Shown here piece after piece: positions 37,029-47,146 of a stretch of 64,000 nucleotides of DNA. The number at the start of each line of letters is the position of its first letter. Positions within the stretch are counted from its first letter, which is position 1. The DNA is taken from NCBI GenBank assembly GCA_963815115.1, contig CAWFFN010000009.1, positions 1,248,001 through 1,312,000 on the forward strand, in the 5' to 3' direction. Under the pieces are notes generated by a model. It made no database searches and was not told the DNA's origin. It saw only the letters and a list, made by a program, of their open reading frames with translations. A program made the translations under genes and the position numbers. Origin of the DNA: an uncultured delta proteobacterium. GTDB taxonomy: Bacteria; Desulfobacterota; Binatia; DP-6.

Positions 37029-37408
37029 GCCCCCCGCTGAGCGCGCCGCTCGCGCAGGCGGCGGGAGCGCAACGGCTGCTGGCCGTCCGTCGGCCGCTGG
37101 TGCGCCCGACGAGCGACCCGCGACGGCTCGTGCGCGCGATGCGCGGCCGCCTGACGCGTCGGGTGGCTGCCTTCGGGGCGGTGCTGCTCCTGCTCTGCCT
37201 GGTGCAGGTCTGGCTCCGCCTGCAGGTGGTCGACATCGGCTACCAGCTCTCCGCCGCCCGCAAGATGGAGCAGCGCCTCGATCACGAGCGCCGGCAGCTG
37301 CGCGCCGAGCTGGCCACGCTGCAGGACACGGCGGCGCTCGGCGACACGGCACGGTCGAAGCTCGGCCTGGTCGAGCCGCAGAAGGGGCAAGTGGTCGATC
37401 TGCGATGA
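37025..37408 (+). CDS. ftsL: Cell division protein FtsL
   Basis: One TM plus coiled coil ending A..KLGL..P; lies between rsmH and ftsI. Start is CTG 37025 (GGAGG RBS) or ATG 37139. Confidence 0.85.
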   Translation: MSPPLSAPLAQAAGAQRLLAVRRPLVRPTSDPRRLVRAMRGRLTRRVAAFGAVLLLLCLVQVWLRLQVVDIGYQLSAARKMEQRLDHERRQLRAELATLQDTAALGDTARSKLGLVEPQKGQVVDLR

Positions 37409-39465
37409 GGCTGCCGCGCGGCCGCCGCGCGCGCGTGGTCGTGATCGCCGCGCTCCTCACGCTCTGCTTCCTGCTGCTGCTCGGCCGAGCCGTCGATCTC
37501 GCCGTGCTGCGTGGCGCGGAGCTCGCGCGTCAGGCGGCCCGGCAGCACCACGAGGAGGTGGCGCTGGTGCCGCATCGCGGCGAGATCGTCGATCGCAACG
37601 GCGATCTGCTCGCGCTCTCGCTCGACGTCCCCTCGATCTACGTGCGACCGAAGGAGCTCGGTGAGGATCGCGCGCGCCTGCCCGACGTGGCGCGCGCGCT
37701 GCGCGTGGCCATGACCCGGCTGCAACCGCGGCTCGCGACCGAGCCCTTCGTCTGGCTGAAGCGCCAGGCGCTCCCGCGCGAGCTGTCCTCCGTCCTCGAC
37801 CTGCGCGTCGCGGGCGTCGGCCATCTCGACGAGCCGCGACGGGTGTACCCGCACGGCGATCTGGCCGCACACGTGCTGGGCTTCGTCGGCATGGACGCGC
37901 AGGGGCTCTCCGGCCTCGAACGCCGGTTCGACCGCGAGATCCGCGGCGAGCCCGTCGTGTTCGCGGTGGACCGCGACGCCCGGGGGCGGGAGTTCATGCG
38001 AGCCGCGTTCACCGACGCGCCCACGCAGGGCAGCCGCGTCGAGCTCACGCTGGACGAGAAGATCCAGGCGGTCACCGAGCGCGAGCTCGCTGCTGGCGTG
38101 GCCAACGCGAAGGCCGCCGGCGGGGCGGCGGTCGTGCTCGATCCGACGACCGGCGAGATCCTCGCGCTCGCCAACGTGCCCTCCTTCAATCCCAACGACC
38201 GCGGCGACTGGGGCAATCCGAGGCACAAGGACCGCGTCCGCAACCACGCCATCTCCGACCCGTACGAGCCCGGCTCGACGTTCAAGGCCATCCTCGCGGC
38301 GAGCGCGCTCGAGGAACACGTGGTCACGCCGACGGAGCGCTTCTTCTGCGAGAACGGCGCCTATCACGTCGGGAAATGGACGATCCACGACTCCCATCCC
38401 CACGGCTGGCTCTCGTTCGCGGAGGTGATCCAGTTCTCCAGCAACATCGGCGCGTCCAAGGTCGGTGACCGTCTCGGCCGCGAGCGCTACTACACCTGGC
38501 TGCGCCGCTTCGGCTTCGGCCAGCGCTCCGGCGTCGAGCTGCCGGACGAATCGCCGGGCATCCTGCGCGACGGGAAGTCGTGGGCGCGCATCGACCTGCT
38601 CACCCACAGCTTCGGGCAGGGCGTCTCCGTGACGCCGGTGCAGATGGTGGCGGCGTACGCTGCCATCGCCAACGGCGGCATGCTGATGCGTCCGTTCCTG
38701 GTGCGGCGCATCCTCTCGGCGAACGGGGAGGCCAGCCTGGAGCGCGAGCCGGAGGCCGTCCGACGCGTGATCAGCCTGCGCACCTCGGAGGTCGCGACCG
38801 AGCTGCTGCGACGGGTGGTGGAGGAGAAGGGCGGCACCGGCTCGCAGGCGCGGCTCGACGACTTCATGGTTGCAGGCAAGACGGGAACGGCGCAGAAGGT
38901 GGACGCCCGTACCCATGGCTACTCAGCGAAACGCATCGGCTCCTTCGTCGGATTCGTGCCGGCGGACCATCCGCGCGCCGTCATCCTCGTGCTGATCGAC
39001 GAACCCGGGACCTCGAGCTACGGCGGCGTGGTGGCCGCGCCCGTCTTCCGGAACATCGCCGCCGCGACGATGGCCCTGATGCGCGTCCAGCCCACCCCGC
39101 GCACGTCCCCCCCGTCCGCCGGGAAGGTGCAGCAGGCATCCGCGGGACGGGGGCAGTCGACGCCTGCCGGACGCAAGCAGCAGCAGGCCGCCGAGCGCAA
39201 GCAGCCGGAGCCACCCGCGCCGCCTCGGGTCGAGGTGGCGGCGGTGCCGCCGGTCGACGGCCCGACGCTCGAGCCGGGCACGCCGAGCTTTCTCGGTCTC
39301 TCGCTGCGCGAGGCGCTGACCCGTGCGCATGCCGACGGCTGGACGGTCGACGTGCGCGGCACCGGCTGGGTGGCCGAGCAGTCCCCGCCTCCCGGAACGC
39401 CCTTCGGCGGCGATCGCCGTCTGGCGCTCGAGCTCCGATCCGACCAGCCGACGGCACGTCCCTGA
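37405..39465 (+). CDS. ftsI: Class B PBP FtsI with C-terminal PASTA-like domain
   Basis: RGEIVDRNG, EPGSTFK (SxxK), SSN, GKTGTAQK. Confidence 0.95.
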   Translation: MRLPRGRRARVVVIAALLTLCFLLLLGRAVDLAVLRGAELARQAARQHHEEVALVPHRGEIVDRNGDLLALSLDVPSIYVRPKELGEDRARLPDVARALRVAMTRLQPRLATEPFVWLKRQALPRELSSVLDLRVAGVGHLDEPRRVYPHGDLAAHVLGFVGMDAQGLSGLERRFDREIRGEPVVFAVDRDARGREFMRAAFTDAPTQGSRVELTLDEKIQAVTERELAAGVANAKAAGGAAVVLDPTTGEILALANVPSFNPNDRGDWGNPRHKDRVRNHAISDPYEPGSTFKAILAASALEEHVVTPTERFFCENGAYHVGKWTIHDSHPHGWLSFAEVIQFSSNIGASKVGDRLGRERYYTWLRRFGFGQRSGVELPDESPGILRDGKSWARIDLLTHSFGQGVSVTPVQMVAAYAAIANGGMLMRPFLVRRILSANGEASLEREPEAVRRVISLRTSEVATELLRRVVEEKGGTGSQARLDDFMVAGKTGTAQKVDARTHGYSAKRIGSFVGFVPADHPRAVILVLIDEPGTSSYGGVVAAPVFRNIAAATMALMRVQPTPRTSPPSAGKVQQASAGRGQSTPAGRKQQQAAERKQPEPPAPPRVEVAAVPPVDGPTLEPGTPSFLGLSLREALTRAHADGWTVDVRGTGWVAEQSPPPGTPFGGDRRLALELRSDQPTARP

Positions 39466-40964
39466 TGCGTCTCGGCGCGCTGCTCGACGGCCTCGGCACC
39501 GTCGCCGTGGAGGGAACGGCCGACGTCGAGGTCACCGGCGTCGCGGCAGACTCGCGCCGCGTGCGCCCGGGCGACGTCTTCTTCGCGCTCGCCGGCCGGG
39601 CCACGGACGGGCGGCGCCACGTCGCCGAGGCCCTCGCGCGCGGCGCTTCGGCGGTCGTCGCCGATGGCGAGGTCGAGGCACCGGGCGTGACGCGGGTGTG
39701 CTGCCACGAGCCGCGCCGGCTCCTCGGCCCGGTGGCGGCTCGGCTGGCTGGTGATCCGAGCGTCGGGCTCACGCTGGTCGGTGTCACCGGCACGAACGGC
39801 AAGACCACGACGACGTACCTGCTGGAGGGCATCTGGCGCGCGGCCGGCAGACGTCCCGGCGTCATCGGGACCATCGCCTACCGCTTCGCGGGCACGAGCC
39901 AGCCGGCGCCGTTCACCACGCCGGAGGCGCCCGAGCTGCACGCCATCCTCGCCGACATGCGCCGCGCCGGCGTGACCCATGTCGCCATCGAGGTGTCGTC
40001 GCACGCGCTCGCGCAGCATCGCGCCGACGGACTGCGCTTCGATGCCGCCGCCTTCACCAACCTCACGCGCGACCATCTCGATTTCCATGGCGACCTCGAG
40101 GCGTACTACGCGGCGAAGGCGAGACTCTTCCACGAGCTGCTGCCCGCGTCCGGCAAGGTGGGGCCCGTGGCGGTCGTGAACGTGGACGATCCGGGCGGGG
40201 CGCGGCTCGCCGGCGAGGTGGCGGTGCGCTGCGTGCGCGTCGGCCGCGCCGAGGGCGCCGACGTGCGTCCGGTGGACGTCGAGAGCACGCTCGCGGGCAC
40301 TCGCGGCGTCCTGCTCCTCGGCGGCGAGCGCGTCGAGTTCACCAGTCCGCTGGTGGGGGCCCCGCATGCGGAGAACATCGCGCTCGCCGCCGCCACGGCG
40401 TGGGCCCTCGGCGTCGACACGACGGCCATCGCCGCCGGCATCGCCGCCACGGCGCCGCCGCCTGGCCGGGTGGAGCGCATCCCGGGCCCGGGCTTCACGG
40501 TGGTGGTCGACTACGCCCACACTCCCGATGCCCTGGAACGCCTGCTCGCCGCGCTCCGGCCGCTGACGCCCGGGACCCTCATCACGGTCTTCGGCTGTGG
40601 CGGCGACCGCGACCGCGGCAAGCGGCCGCTGATGGGCGCTGCCGCGGCACGCGCGAGCGATCTCGTCGTGATCACCTCCGACAACCCGCGCACGGAAGAT
40701 CCGGGCCGCATCCTCGCCGACATCGAGCCGGGCGTGCGCGAGGCGGGACTCGCCCCGCTGCGGCGGAGCGCTCCGGGTGGGCGAGGCTACCTGGTCGAGC
40801 CCGATCGGCCGGCGGCCATCGCGCTCGCCGTCGGGCTCGCGCGGCCGGGCGATCTGGTGGTCGTCGCGGGCAAGGGGCACGAGGACTACCAGATCGTCGG
40901 CACCGAGAAGCGCCACCTCGACGACCGCGAGGAGGTGAGGCGCGTGCTGGAGCAGCACGCGTGA
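39465..40964 (+). CDS. murE: UDP-MurNAc-Ala-Glu--meso-DAP ligase
   Basis: VTGTNGKTT, EVSSH, DYAHTPD, GCGGDRD, SDNPR (DAP-type), AGKGHE. Confidence 0.96.
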   Translation: MRLGALLDGLGTVAVEGTADVEVTGVAADSRRVRPGDVFFALAGRATDGRRHVAEALARGASAVVADGEVEAPGVTRVCCHEPRRLLGPVAARLAGDPSVGLTLVGVTGTNGKTTTTYLLEGIWRAAGRRPGVIGTIAYRFAGTSQPAPFTTPEAPELHAILADMRRAGVTHVAIEVSSHALAQHRADGLRFDAAAFTNLTRDHLDFHGDLEAYYAAKARLFHELLPASGKVGPVAVVNVDDPGGARLAGEVAVRCVRVGRAEGADVRPVDVESTLAGTRGVLLLGGERVEFTSPLVGAPHAENIALAAATAWALGVDTTAIAAGIAATAPPPGRVERIPGPGFTVVVDYAHTPDALERLLAALRPLTPGTLITVFGCGGDRDRGKRPLMGAAAARASDLVVITSDNPRTEDPGRILADIEPGVREAGLAPLRRSAPGGRGYLVEPDRPAAIALAVGLARPGDLVVVAGKGHEDYQIVGTEKRHLDDREEVRRVLEQHA

Positions 40965-42382
40965 CCGGAACGGCCGAGCGCCTGGGTGCCGAGGTCGCCT
41001 TCGGACTGGACGAGGTGCTGGCGGCCACGCGCGGCGAGCTGGTCCGGCTCGGCGACCGCGTCGCCTTCCCCGGGGTCACGACCGATACGCGCGCGATCCG
41101 TGCCGGCGAGCTGTTCGTCGCCATCCGCGGCGCCACGCACGACGGCCATCGCTACCTCGCCGAGGCGGCGCGCCGCGGTGCGGGCGCGGTCGTGAGCGAG
41201 CGCGCCGAGGCCGAGGAGCCGCTTGCCTGCACCGTCGTGGCGGTGCGCGACACGCTCGCCGCGCTCGGCGATCTCGCGGCGTTCCATCGCCGGCGCCAGC
41301 GCGCGCGCGTGCTCGCCGTCGCCGGCAGCAACGGCAAGACGACCACCAAGGAGATGGCGGCGGCCATCCTCCGCCACGCGCTCGGGCCGGACGCCGTCCT
41401 CCACACCCGGGGGACGCAGAACAATCTCGTCGGCCTGCCCCTCACGCTGCTGCGGCTGGGACCCGCCCACGCCGTCGCGGTGCTGGAGCTCGGCATGAAC
41501 GGTCCGGGCGAGGTGTGGCGGCTCGCCGAGATCGCCGAGCCCGACGCCGGCGTGATCACCTGTGTCGCACCCGAGCACCTGGAGGGCGTCGGCTCGCTGC
41601 ACGGGGCCGCCGAGGCCGAGGCGGAGCTCTTCCGGCGGCTACGGCCCTCGGCGACGGCGGTGGTGAACGCCGACGATCCCCTGGTGGTTGCCGGCGCGAC
41701 CGGCTTCCCGGGCCGCGTGCTGCGCTTCGGCAGCGGAGCCGAGGTGCGGGCGGACGACGTCGTCGATCTCGGGCTCGACGGCAGCACGTTCCGTCTCTGC
41801 GTCGGGACGGAGGCGATACCGGTGCGGCTCCCGATCCCCGGGCGCCACAACGTCGGCAACGCGCTCGCCGCAACGGCGCTGACTTCCCTCGCGGGCGCCT
41901 CGCTGACCGACGTGCGGGACGCCCTGGCGACCTTCGAGGGGCCCAGCATGCGCATGCAGGTCGAGCGGCTCGCGAGTGGAGTGACCGTGATCAACGACGC
42001 CTACAACGCGAATCCCGCCTCCATGGCGGCGGCGCTCCAGACCCTCGCCGCCAGCGCGGCGGAGCGCCGGCTGGCGGTGCTGGGAGAGATGCGCGAGCTC
42101 GGCGACGAGACCGAGGCGGCACACGAGCAGCTCGGGCGGACCGCGGCGGCAGCCGGCCTCGACGCCCTGCTGGTCGTCGGCTCCCATGCCGGTCTGGTGC
42201 GGCAGGGGGCGATCGCGGCCGGGATGCCCGCCGACCGGATCACCATCGCCGCCGATCAGGGCGAGGCGGCGGAGCGCCTGAAGACGGAGTGCCGCGCCGG
42301 CGACCTCGTGCTCCTGAAGGCGTCGCGTGGCGCGGCGCTCGAATCCGTGCTGCGCCATCTCGCCGGCGAGGGCGCGGCGTGA
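40961..42382 (+). CDS. murF: UDP-MurNAc-tripeptide--D-Ala-D-Ala ligase
   Basis: GSNGKTTTKE, NN.VGLP, ELGMN, NDAYNANP.S, GEM.ELG, LKASRG. Confidence 0.96.
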   Translation: MTGTAERLGAEVAFGLDEVLAATRGELVRLGDRVAFPGVTTDTRAIRAGELFVAIRGATHDGHRYLAEAARRGAGAVVSERAEAEEPLACTVVAVRDTLAALGDLAAFHRRRQRARVLAVAGSNGKTTTKEMAAAILRHALGPDAVLHTRGTQNNLVGLPLTLLRLGPAHAVAVLELGMNGPGEVWRLAEIAEPDAGVITCVAPEHLEGVGSLHGAAEAEAELFRRLRPSATAVVNADDPLVVAGATGFPGRVLRFGSGAEVRADDVVDLGLDGSTFRLCVGTEAIPVRLPIPGRHNVGNALAATALTSLAGASLTDVRDALATFEGPSMRMQVERLASGVTVINDAYNANPASMAAALQTLAASAAERRLAVLGEMRELGDETEAAHEQLGRTAAAAGLDALLVVGSHAGLVRQGAIAAGMPADRITIAADQGEAAERLKTECRAGDLVLLKASRGAALESVLRHLAGEGAA

Positions 42383-43458
42383 TGCTCGCCATGCTCCTGT
42401 ACGACCTTCGCGCCCAGTGGGCGCCGCTTCACGTCTTCAAGTACATCACCTTCCGCACCCTGGTGGCCGGGCTCGTGGCGCTCTGCCTGTCGCTGCTCCT
42501 GGGGCCGCCCATGATTCGCCGGCTGGCGGCCCTGCAGATCGGGCAGTCGATCCGCGACGACGGTCCGGCCGCGCACCAGAGCAAGCGCGGCACGCCGACC
42601 ATGGGCGGCATGCTGATCCTCTTCGCCCTCGCCCTCACCACGCTGCTCCTGGCCGACGTGGGGGAGATCTACGTCTGGATCGCGCTCGGAGTGACGCTCC
42701 TGCACGGGCTGATCGGCTTTCTCGACGACTGGGCCAAGGTCCGGCGGCGGAGCTCGAAGGGGGTGCCCGGCCGCGTTCGGCTCGGCAGCGAGCTGCTCAT
42801 CGGCGCGGTCGCCGCGGCCGTGATCTACGCCTGGTCGGAGCAGGGCGGGCACCTCACGATGCCGTTCTTCAAGAACCTACGGCCGGATCTCGGGCTCTGG
42901 TACATCCCGTTCGGCGCCGTGGTCATCGCCGGTACCGCCAACGCCGTGAACCTCACCGACGGGCTCGACGGCCTGGCCATCGGCCCGGTGATGATCGCGG
43001 CCGCGACCTACGCCATCTTCTCCTACGCCGCCGGCAACGTGCGCTTCGCGGAGTACCTGCAGATTCCCTACGTGCGCGGTGCGGGCGAGCTGGCCGTCTT
43101 CTGCGGAGCGCTGGTTGCGGCCGGCCTCGGGTTCCTCTGGTTCAACGCCTATCCGGCCCAGATGTTCATGGGCGACGTGGGCTCCCTCGCGCTCGGCGCC
43201 GCGCTCGGCACGGTGGCGCTGATCACCCGGCAGGAGCTGGTGCTGTTCATCGCGGGCGGCGTCTTCGTGGTCGAGACCCTGTCGGTGATCGGACAGGTGG
43301 TGTCCTTCCGGCTGCGTCGCAAGCGAATCTTCCGCATGGCGCCGATCCACCACCACTTCGAGCTCCTCGGCTGGCCGGAGCCGCAGATCATCGTCCGCTT
43401 CTGGATCGTGGCCATCGTGTGCGCGCTCCTGGCGCTGTCCACCTTGAAGCTCCGCTGA
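42382..43458 (+). CDS. mraY: Phospho-N-acetylmuramoyl-pentapeptide transferase
   Basis: GTPTMGG, NAVNLTDGLDGL, FMGDVGSL, MAPIHHHFE. Confidence 0.97.
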   Translation: MLAMLLYDLRAQWAPLHVFKYITFRTLVAGLVALCLSLLLGPPMIRRLAALQIGQSIRDDGPAAHQSKRGTPTMGGMLILFALALTTLLLADVGEIYVWIALGVTLLHGLIGFLDDWAKVRRRSSKGVPGRVRLGSELLIGAVAAAVIYAWSEQGGHLTMPFFKNLRPDLGLWYIPFGAVVIAGTANAVNLTDGLDGLAIGPVMIAAATYAIFSYAAGNVRFAEYLQIPYVRGAGELAVFCGALVAAGLGFLWFNAYPAQMFMGDVGSLALGAALGTVALITRQELVLFIAGGVFVVETLSVIGQVVSFRLRRKRIFRMAPIHHHFELLGWPEPQIIVRFWIVAIVCALLALSTLKLR

Positions 43459-44792
43459 TGGATCTGCCGCGACGCGCTCTCGTGATCGGGTTCGGCCGGA
43501 CGGGCAAGGCGGTGGCCCGCCTGCTCGCCGATCGCGGCGTGGCGCTCCGGGTCGCCGATGGCCGGGCCGCCGCCGAGCTCGGGATCGACCCGGCCGACTG
43601 GCCGGGAGTCGATCTCCGCCTCGGCGACGAGTCGCCCGCGCTGCTCGACGGCGTCGAGCTCGTGGTGCCGAGTCCGGGCGTTCCTCGCGCGGCGCCGCTG
43701 CTGGCCGAGGCGGTGCGCCGCGGGATCGCCGTGCGTGCCGAGGTCGAGGTGGCCTTCCGCCTCCTCGATTGCCCGCTGATCGGCATCACCGGGACCAACG
43801 GCAAGAGCACGACGACGACCCTCGTCGGCCATGCGCTCGCCCGCGCGGGCCGGCGCATCTTCGTCGGCGGCAACCTCGGCAAACCGCTCGTGCTCGCGGT
43901 CGCCGATGCGCCGGAGATCGCCGTGGCGGAGGTGTCGTCGTTTCAGCTCGAGTGGGTCGAGCGCTTCCGGCCGCACATCGGGTGCCTGCTGAACGTGACC
44001 CCCGATCATCTCGACCGGCACGCCGATTTCGCCGAGTACCGCGAGGCGAAGGCCCGTCTGTTCGCCGTCCAGGGTCCGGAAGACTGGGCGGTGCTGAACC
44101 GCGACGACCCCGAGTGCGCCGGGCTCGCCCCACGTCTGGCGGCACGGGTCGTGACGGTCGGCACGAGGGCGGTGGAGACGGGAGCCATGCTCGACGGCGG
44201 CGTCGTCGTGCTGCGCCTGCCCGGCGCCGCCGAGGAGCGCTATCCCCTGGCCCGCACCCACCTCGCCGGCCGGCACAACGTCGACAACATCCTGGCGGCG
44301 GTCGCGGTCGCGCGGCTCGCCGGCGCCCCGCCGGCCGCGGTGCAGGACGCCATCGACGAGGTCGAGCCGCTGCCGCATCGACTCGCGCTGGTGGCGGAGC
44401 GGCACGGCGTCCGCTGGTACGACGATTCGAAGGCGACCAACGTCGGCGCCACCGTGAAGAGCCTCGAGTCGTTCATGGGGCCCGTGGTGCTGCTGGCGGG
44501 AGGGATCGACAAGGGCGGCGACTACGCACCGCTCGCCCGGGCGGCGCGCGGCCGGGTGCGTCGGGCGCTGGTCTTCGGGGTGGGGCGCGAGCGGCTGGCC
44601 AGCGCGCTCGAGGCGGGTGACGTGGCCGTCGAGCGCGTGGCGGATCTCTCCGCCGCCGTGGCGACGGCGGCGACGACGGCGCGGCCGGGCGACGTGGTGC
44701 TGCTCGCCCCGGCCTGTGCGAGCTTCGACATGTTCACCGACTACGCGGCCCGAGGCCGGGCGTTCCGCGCCGCGGTGGAGGCACTCCGATGA
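43458..44792 (+). CDS. murD: UDP-MurNAc-L-Ala--D-Glu ligase
   Basis: SPGV, ITGTNGKSTTT, EVSSFQL, DHLDRH, DDSKATN, APACASFD.F. Confidence 0.96.
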   Translation: MDLPRRALVIGFGRTGKAVARLLADRGVALRVADGRAAAELGIDPADWPGVDLRLGDESPALLDGVELVVPSPGVPRAAPLLAEAVRRGIAVRAEVEVAFRLLDCPLIGITGTNGKSTTTTLVGHALARAGRRIFVGGNLGKPLVLAVADAPEIAVAEVSSFQLEWVERFRPHIGCLLNVTPDHLDRHADFAEYREAKARLFAVQGPEDWAVLNRDDPECAGLAPRLAARVVTVGTRAVETGAMLDGGVVVLRLPGAAEERYPLARTHLAGRHNVDNILAAVAVARLAGAPPAAVQDAIDEVEPLPHRLALVAERHGVRWYDDSKATNVGATVKSLESFMGPVVLLAGGIDKGGDYAPLARAARGRVRRALVFGVGRERLASALEAGDVAVERVADLSAAVATAATTARPGDVVLLAPACASFDMFTDYAARGRAFRAAVEALR

Positions 44793-45964
44793 CGGGCAGC
44801 GAGGCGCTCGACGCCGCTCTCGAGCCGCGGCCGCTGTTCCGCGGCCCGCTCACCAACCAGCGGCCGCGCATCGTGCGCTCCTTCGGGAGCGATCCCTGGC
44901 TGGTCCTGGCGGTCGGAGCGCTCGTCTCGCTCGGTACGGTGATGGTCTTCAACGTCAGCTATTTCCCCGGTGGCGACGACTTCGGCGACCCGCTGCACTT
45001 CTTCCGCAAGCACCTGGTGTCGATCGCCATCGGCTTCGGGCTCTGTCTCCTCACCACACGGCTCGGCTCCGAGCGCTACCGCGCGCTCGCCTACCCGCTC
45101 CTCGCCGTCGCCGTGCTCGCCATGGCGGTGGTCCTGATCCCCGGCATCGGTGTCACCCGCAGCGGCGCGCGGCGCTGGCTCGCCCTGGGAGGCCTCACCT
45201 TCCAGCCCAGCGAGCTCGGCAAGTTCGCGCTCGTGCTCTACCTGGCGCGCTCCCTGGCGAAGCGCGGGGAACGCGTGCGCGAGCTCTGGCACGGCATGAT
45301 CCCGCACTGCCTGGTGGTGGGGCTGATCGCGCTGCTCTGCCTGCGCGAGCCCGATTTCGGGACGGCCGCGCTGAGCGGCGTCATCCTGGTGATGATGCTC
45401 TTCGCCGCCGGCGGACGGCTGGCGCACCTCGCCATCTTCGCCGCCGCCGCCGCGCCCGGCCTCGTCGCCCTCGCGGTGATGGCTCCGTACCGCTTCAGGC
45501 GGCTGAGCTCCTTCCTCGATTGCACGCGCGATGCGCTGGGCGACGGCTTCCAGCTCTGCCAGGCACTGATCGCCTTCGGCTCGGGTGGCGTGTCCGGGGT
45601 GGGGCTCGGGCAGGGCCAGCAGAAGATGTATTTCCTGCCGGCCGCGCACACCGACTTCATCTTCTCGGTCATCGGCGAGGAGCTCGGCCTGGTCGGCGCG
45701 GCGGCAGTGCTGACGCTGTTCGCCGTGGTCGCGGCCCGCGGGCTGCGCATCGCCGCCCGGCACCCCGACGCGTTCGGCGGTCTGCTCGCCTTCGGACTCA
45801 CCGTGCTCATCGTGGTGCAGGGGCTGCTCAACTTCGGGGTCGCCCTGGGCGTGCTGCCCACCAAGGGGCTCACGCTTCCCTTCGTCTCCTACGGCGGCTC
45901 GGCGATGATGGTGTCGCTCGCCGAGCTCGGCGTGCTCCTGGCGCTCGCCCGCGAATCGGGATGA
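44789..45964 (+). CDS. ftsW: SEDS peptidoglycan polymerase FtsW
   Basis: GARRWL, FQPSE, EPDFG, HTDFIFSVIGEE.G, PTKGLTLPFVSYGGS. Confidence 0.96.
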   Translation: MTGSEALDAALEPRPLFRGPLTNQRPRIVRSFGSDPWLVLAVGALVSLGTVMVFNVSYFPGGDDFGDPLHFFRKHLVSIAIGFGLCLLTTRLGSERYRALAYPLLAVAVLAMAVVLIPGIGVTRSGARRWLALGGLTFQPSELGKFALVLYLARSLAKRGERVRELWHGMIPHCLVVGLIALLCLREPDFGTAALSGVILVMMLFAAGGRLAHLAIFAAAAAPGLVALAVMAPYRFRRLSSFLDCTRDALGDGFQLCQALIAFGSGGVSGVGLGQGQQKMYFLPAAHTDFIFSVIGEELGLVGAAAVLTLFAVVAARGLRIAARHPDAFGGLLAFGLTVLIVVQGLLNFGVALGVLPTKGLTLPFVSYGGSAMMVSLAELGVLLALARESG

Positions 45965-47052
45965 ACGATGCGGGCGTCGACGTCCTGATCGCCGGCGGCG
46001 GGACCGGCGGGCACGTCTTCCCCGCCCTCGCCCTGGGCACCGAGCTGGCCGCGAGGGGGCTCGGCATCGCCTTCGTCGGCAGCCCGGGTGGCCTCGAGGC
46101 GCGCCTGGTGCCCGCGGCCGGCCAGCCGCTCCACCTGATCCCGGGCCGTCAGGTGCGGGGCGGCGGGATGCGCGGCGCCGCGGCGGGAGCCGTCGCGCTC
46201 TCCCGCGGACTCGGCAGCGCGCTCCGGGTGCTGCGGCGGCTGCGCCCGCGCCTCGTCGTCGGGGTCGGCGGCTACGCATCGGTCGCCGGCGTGCTGGCGG
46301 CCCGCCTCCGCCGCGTGCCGGTCGTACTCCTCGAGCAGAATGCCATCCCCGGAGCGGCCAACCGGGCGCTCGGGCGCATCGCCGAACGGATCTGCGTGGG
46401 CTTCGCCGACGCCTGCGGGTACTTTCCCGGGGGCAGGGCCGTGTACACCGGAAACCCGGTGCGGCCGGCCGTGCTGGCGGCACCCGCCCAGGTCCGTCGG
46501 GAGGGCGCCGGCCTCCTGGTGTTCGGTGGCAGCCAGGGGGCGCATCATCTGAACGAGGCCGCGGTCGCCGCCCTGGAGGACCTCGGGCCGGCGTCCCGGA
46601 CGCTTCGCATCACCCACCAGACCGGGGAGGCCGATCGGGCGTGGGTCGCCGACGCCTACGGCCGGCTCGGCCTCGATGCCCGGGTCGAGGCGTTCGTGGA
46701 CGACATGGGGTCGGCCTATGCCGCCGCCGACCTGGTGATCGCCCGGGCGGGCGCCATGAGCTGCGCCGAGATCACCGCCGTCGGGTTGCCGGCCGTGCTG
46801 GTCCCGTATCCCTTCGCCGCCGACGACCACCAGCGCCGCAACGGCGAGATCCTCGCCGCGGCCGGTGCCGCCCGCCTGATCCTCGATCGGGAGCTCGATG
46901 GGCCGCGGCTCGCCTCGGTGCTCCGTCCCCTCTTGGACGACCCCGCCACACGGGCCGAGATGGCCGCGCGCTCGCGTGCGTTCGGCCGGCCGCAGGCCGC
47001 GGCGCACGTCGCCCGGGTCTGCGCGGAGGTTCTCGAGCGCAGGTCTACTTGA
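45961..47052 (+). CDS. murG: Lipid II N-acetylglucosaminyltransferase
   Basis: GGGTGGHVFP, GGY, EQN..PG..N, GGSQGA, RAGA, HQ..N. Confidence 0.96.
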   Translation: MNDAGVDVLIAGGGTGGHVFPALALGTELAARGLGIAFVGSPGGLEARLVPAAGQPLHLIPGRQVRGGGMRGAAAGAVALSRGLGSALRVLRRLRPRLVVGVGGYASVAGVLAARLRRVPVVLLEQNAIPGAANRALGRIAERICVGFADACGYFPGGRAVYTGNPVRPAVLAAPAQVRREGAGLLVFGGSQGAHHLNEAAVAALEDLGPASRTLRITHQTGEADRAWVADAYGRLGLDARVEAFVDDMGSAYAAADLVIARAGAMSCAEITAVGLPAVLVPYPFAADDHQRRNGEILAAAGAARLILDRELDGPRLASVLRPLLDDPATRAEMAARSRAFGRPQAAAHVARVCAEVLERRST

Positions 47053-47146
47053 AGATCGCACGCTGCTTCTGTAAGTCCATCGCATTGTGGCTGGGCAGGT
47101 TGGGTGGACCGGATGGCCGCTCAGAGCGCTGCACGGAGTCACCGCT

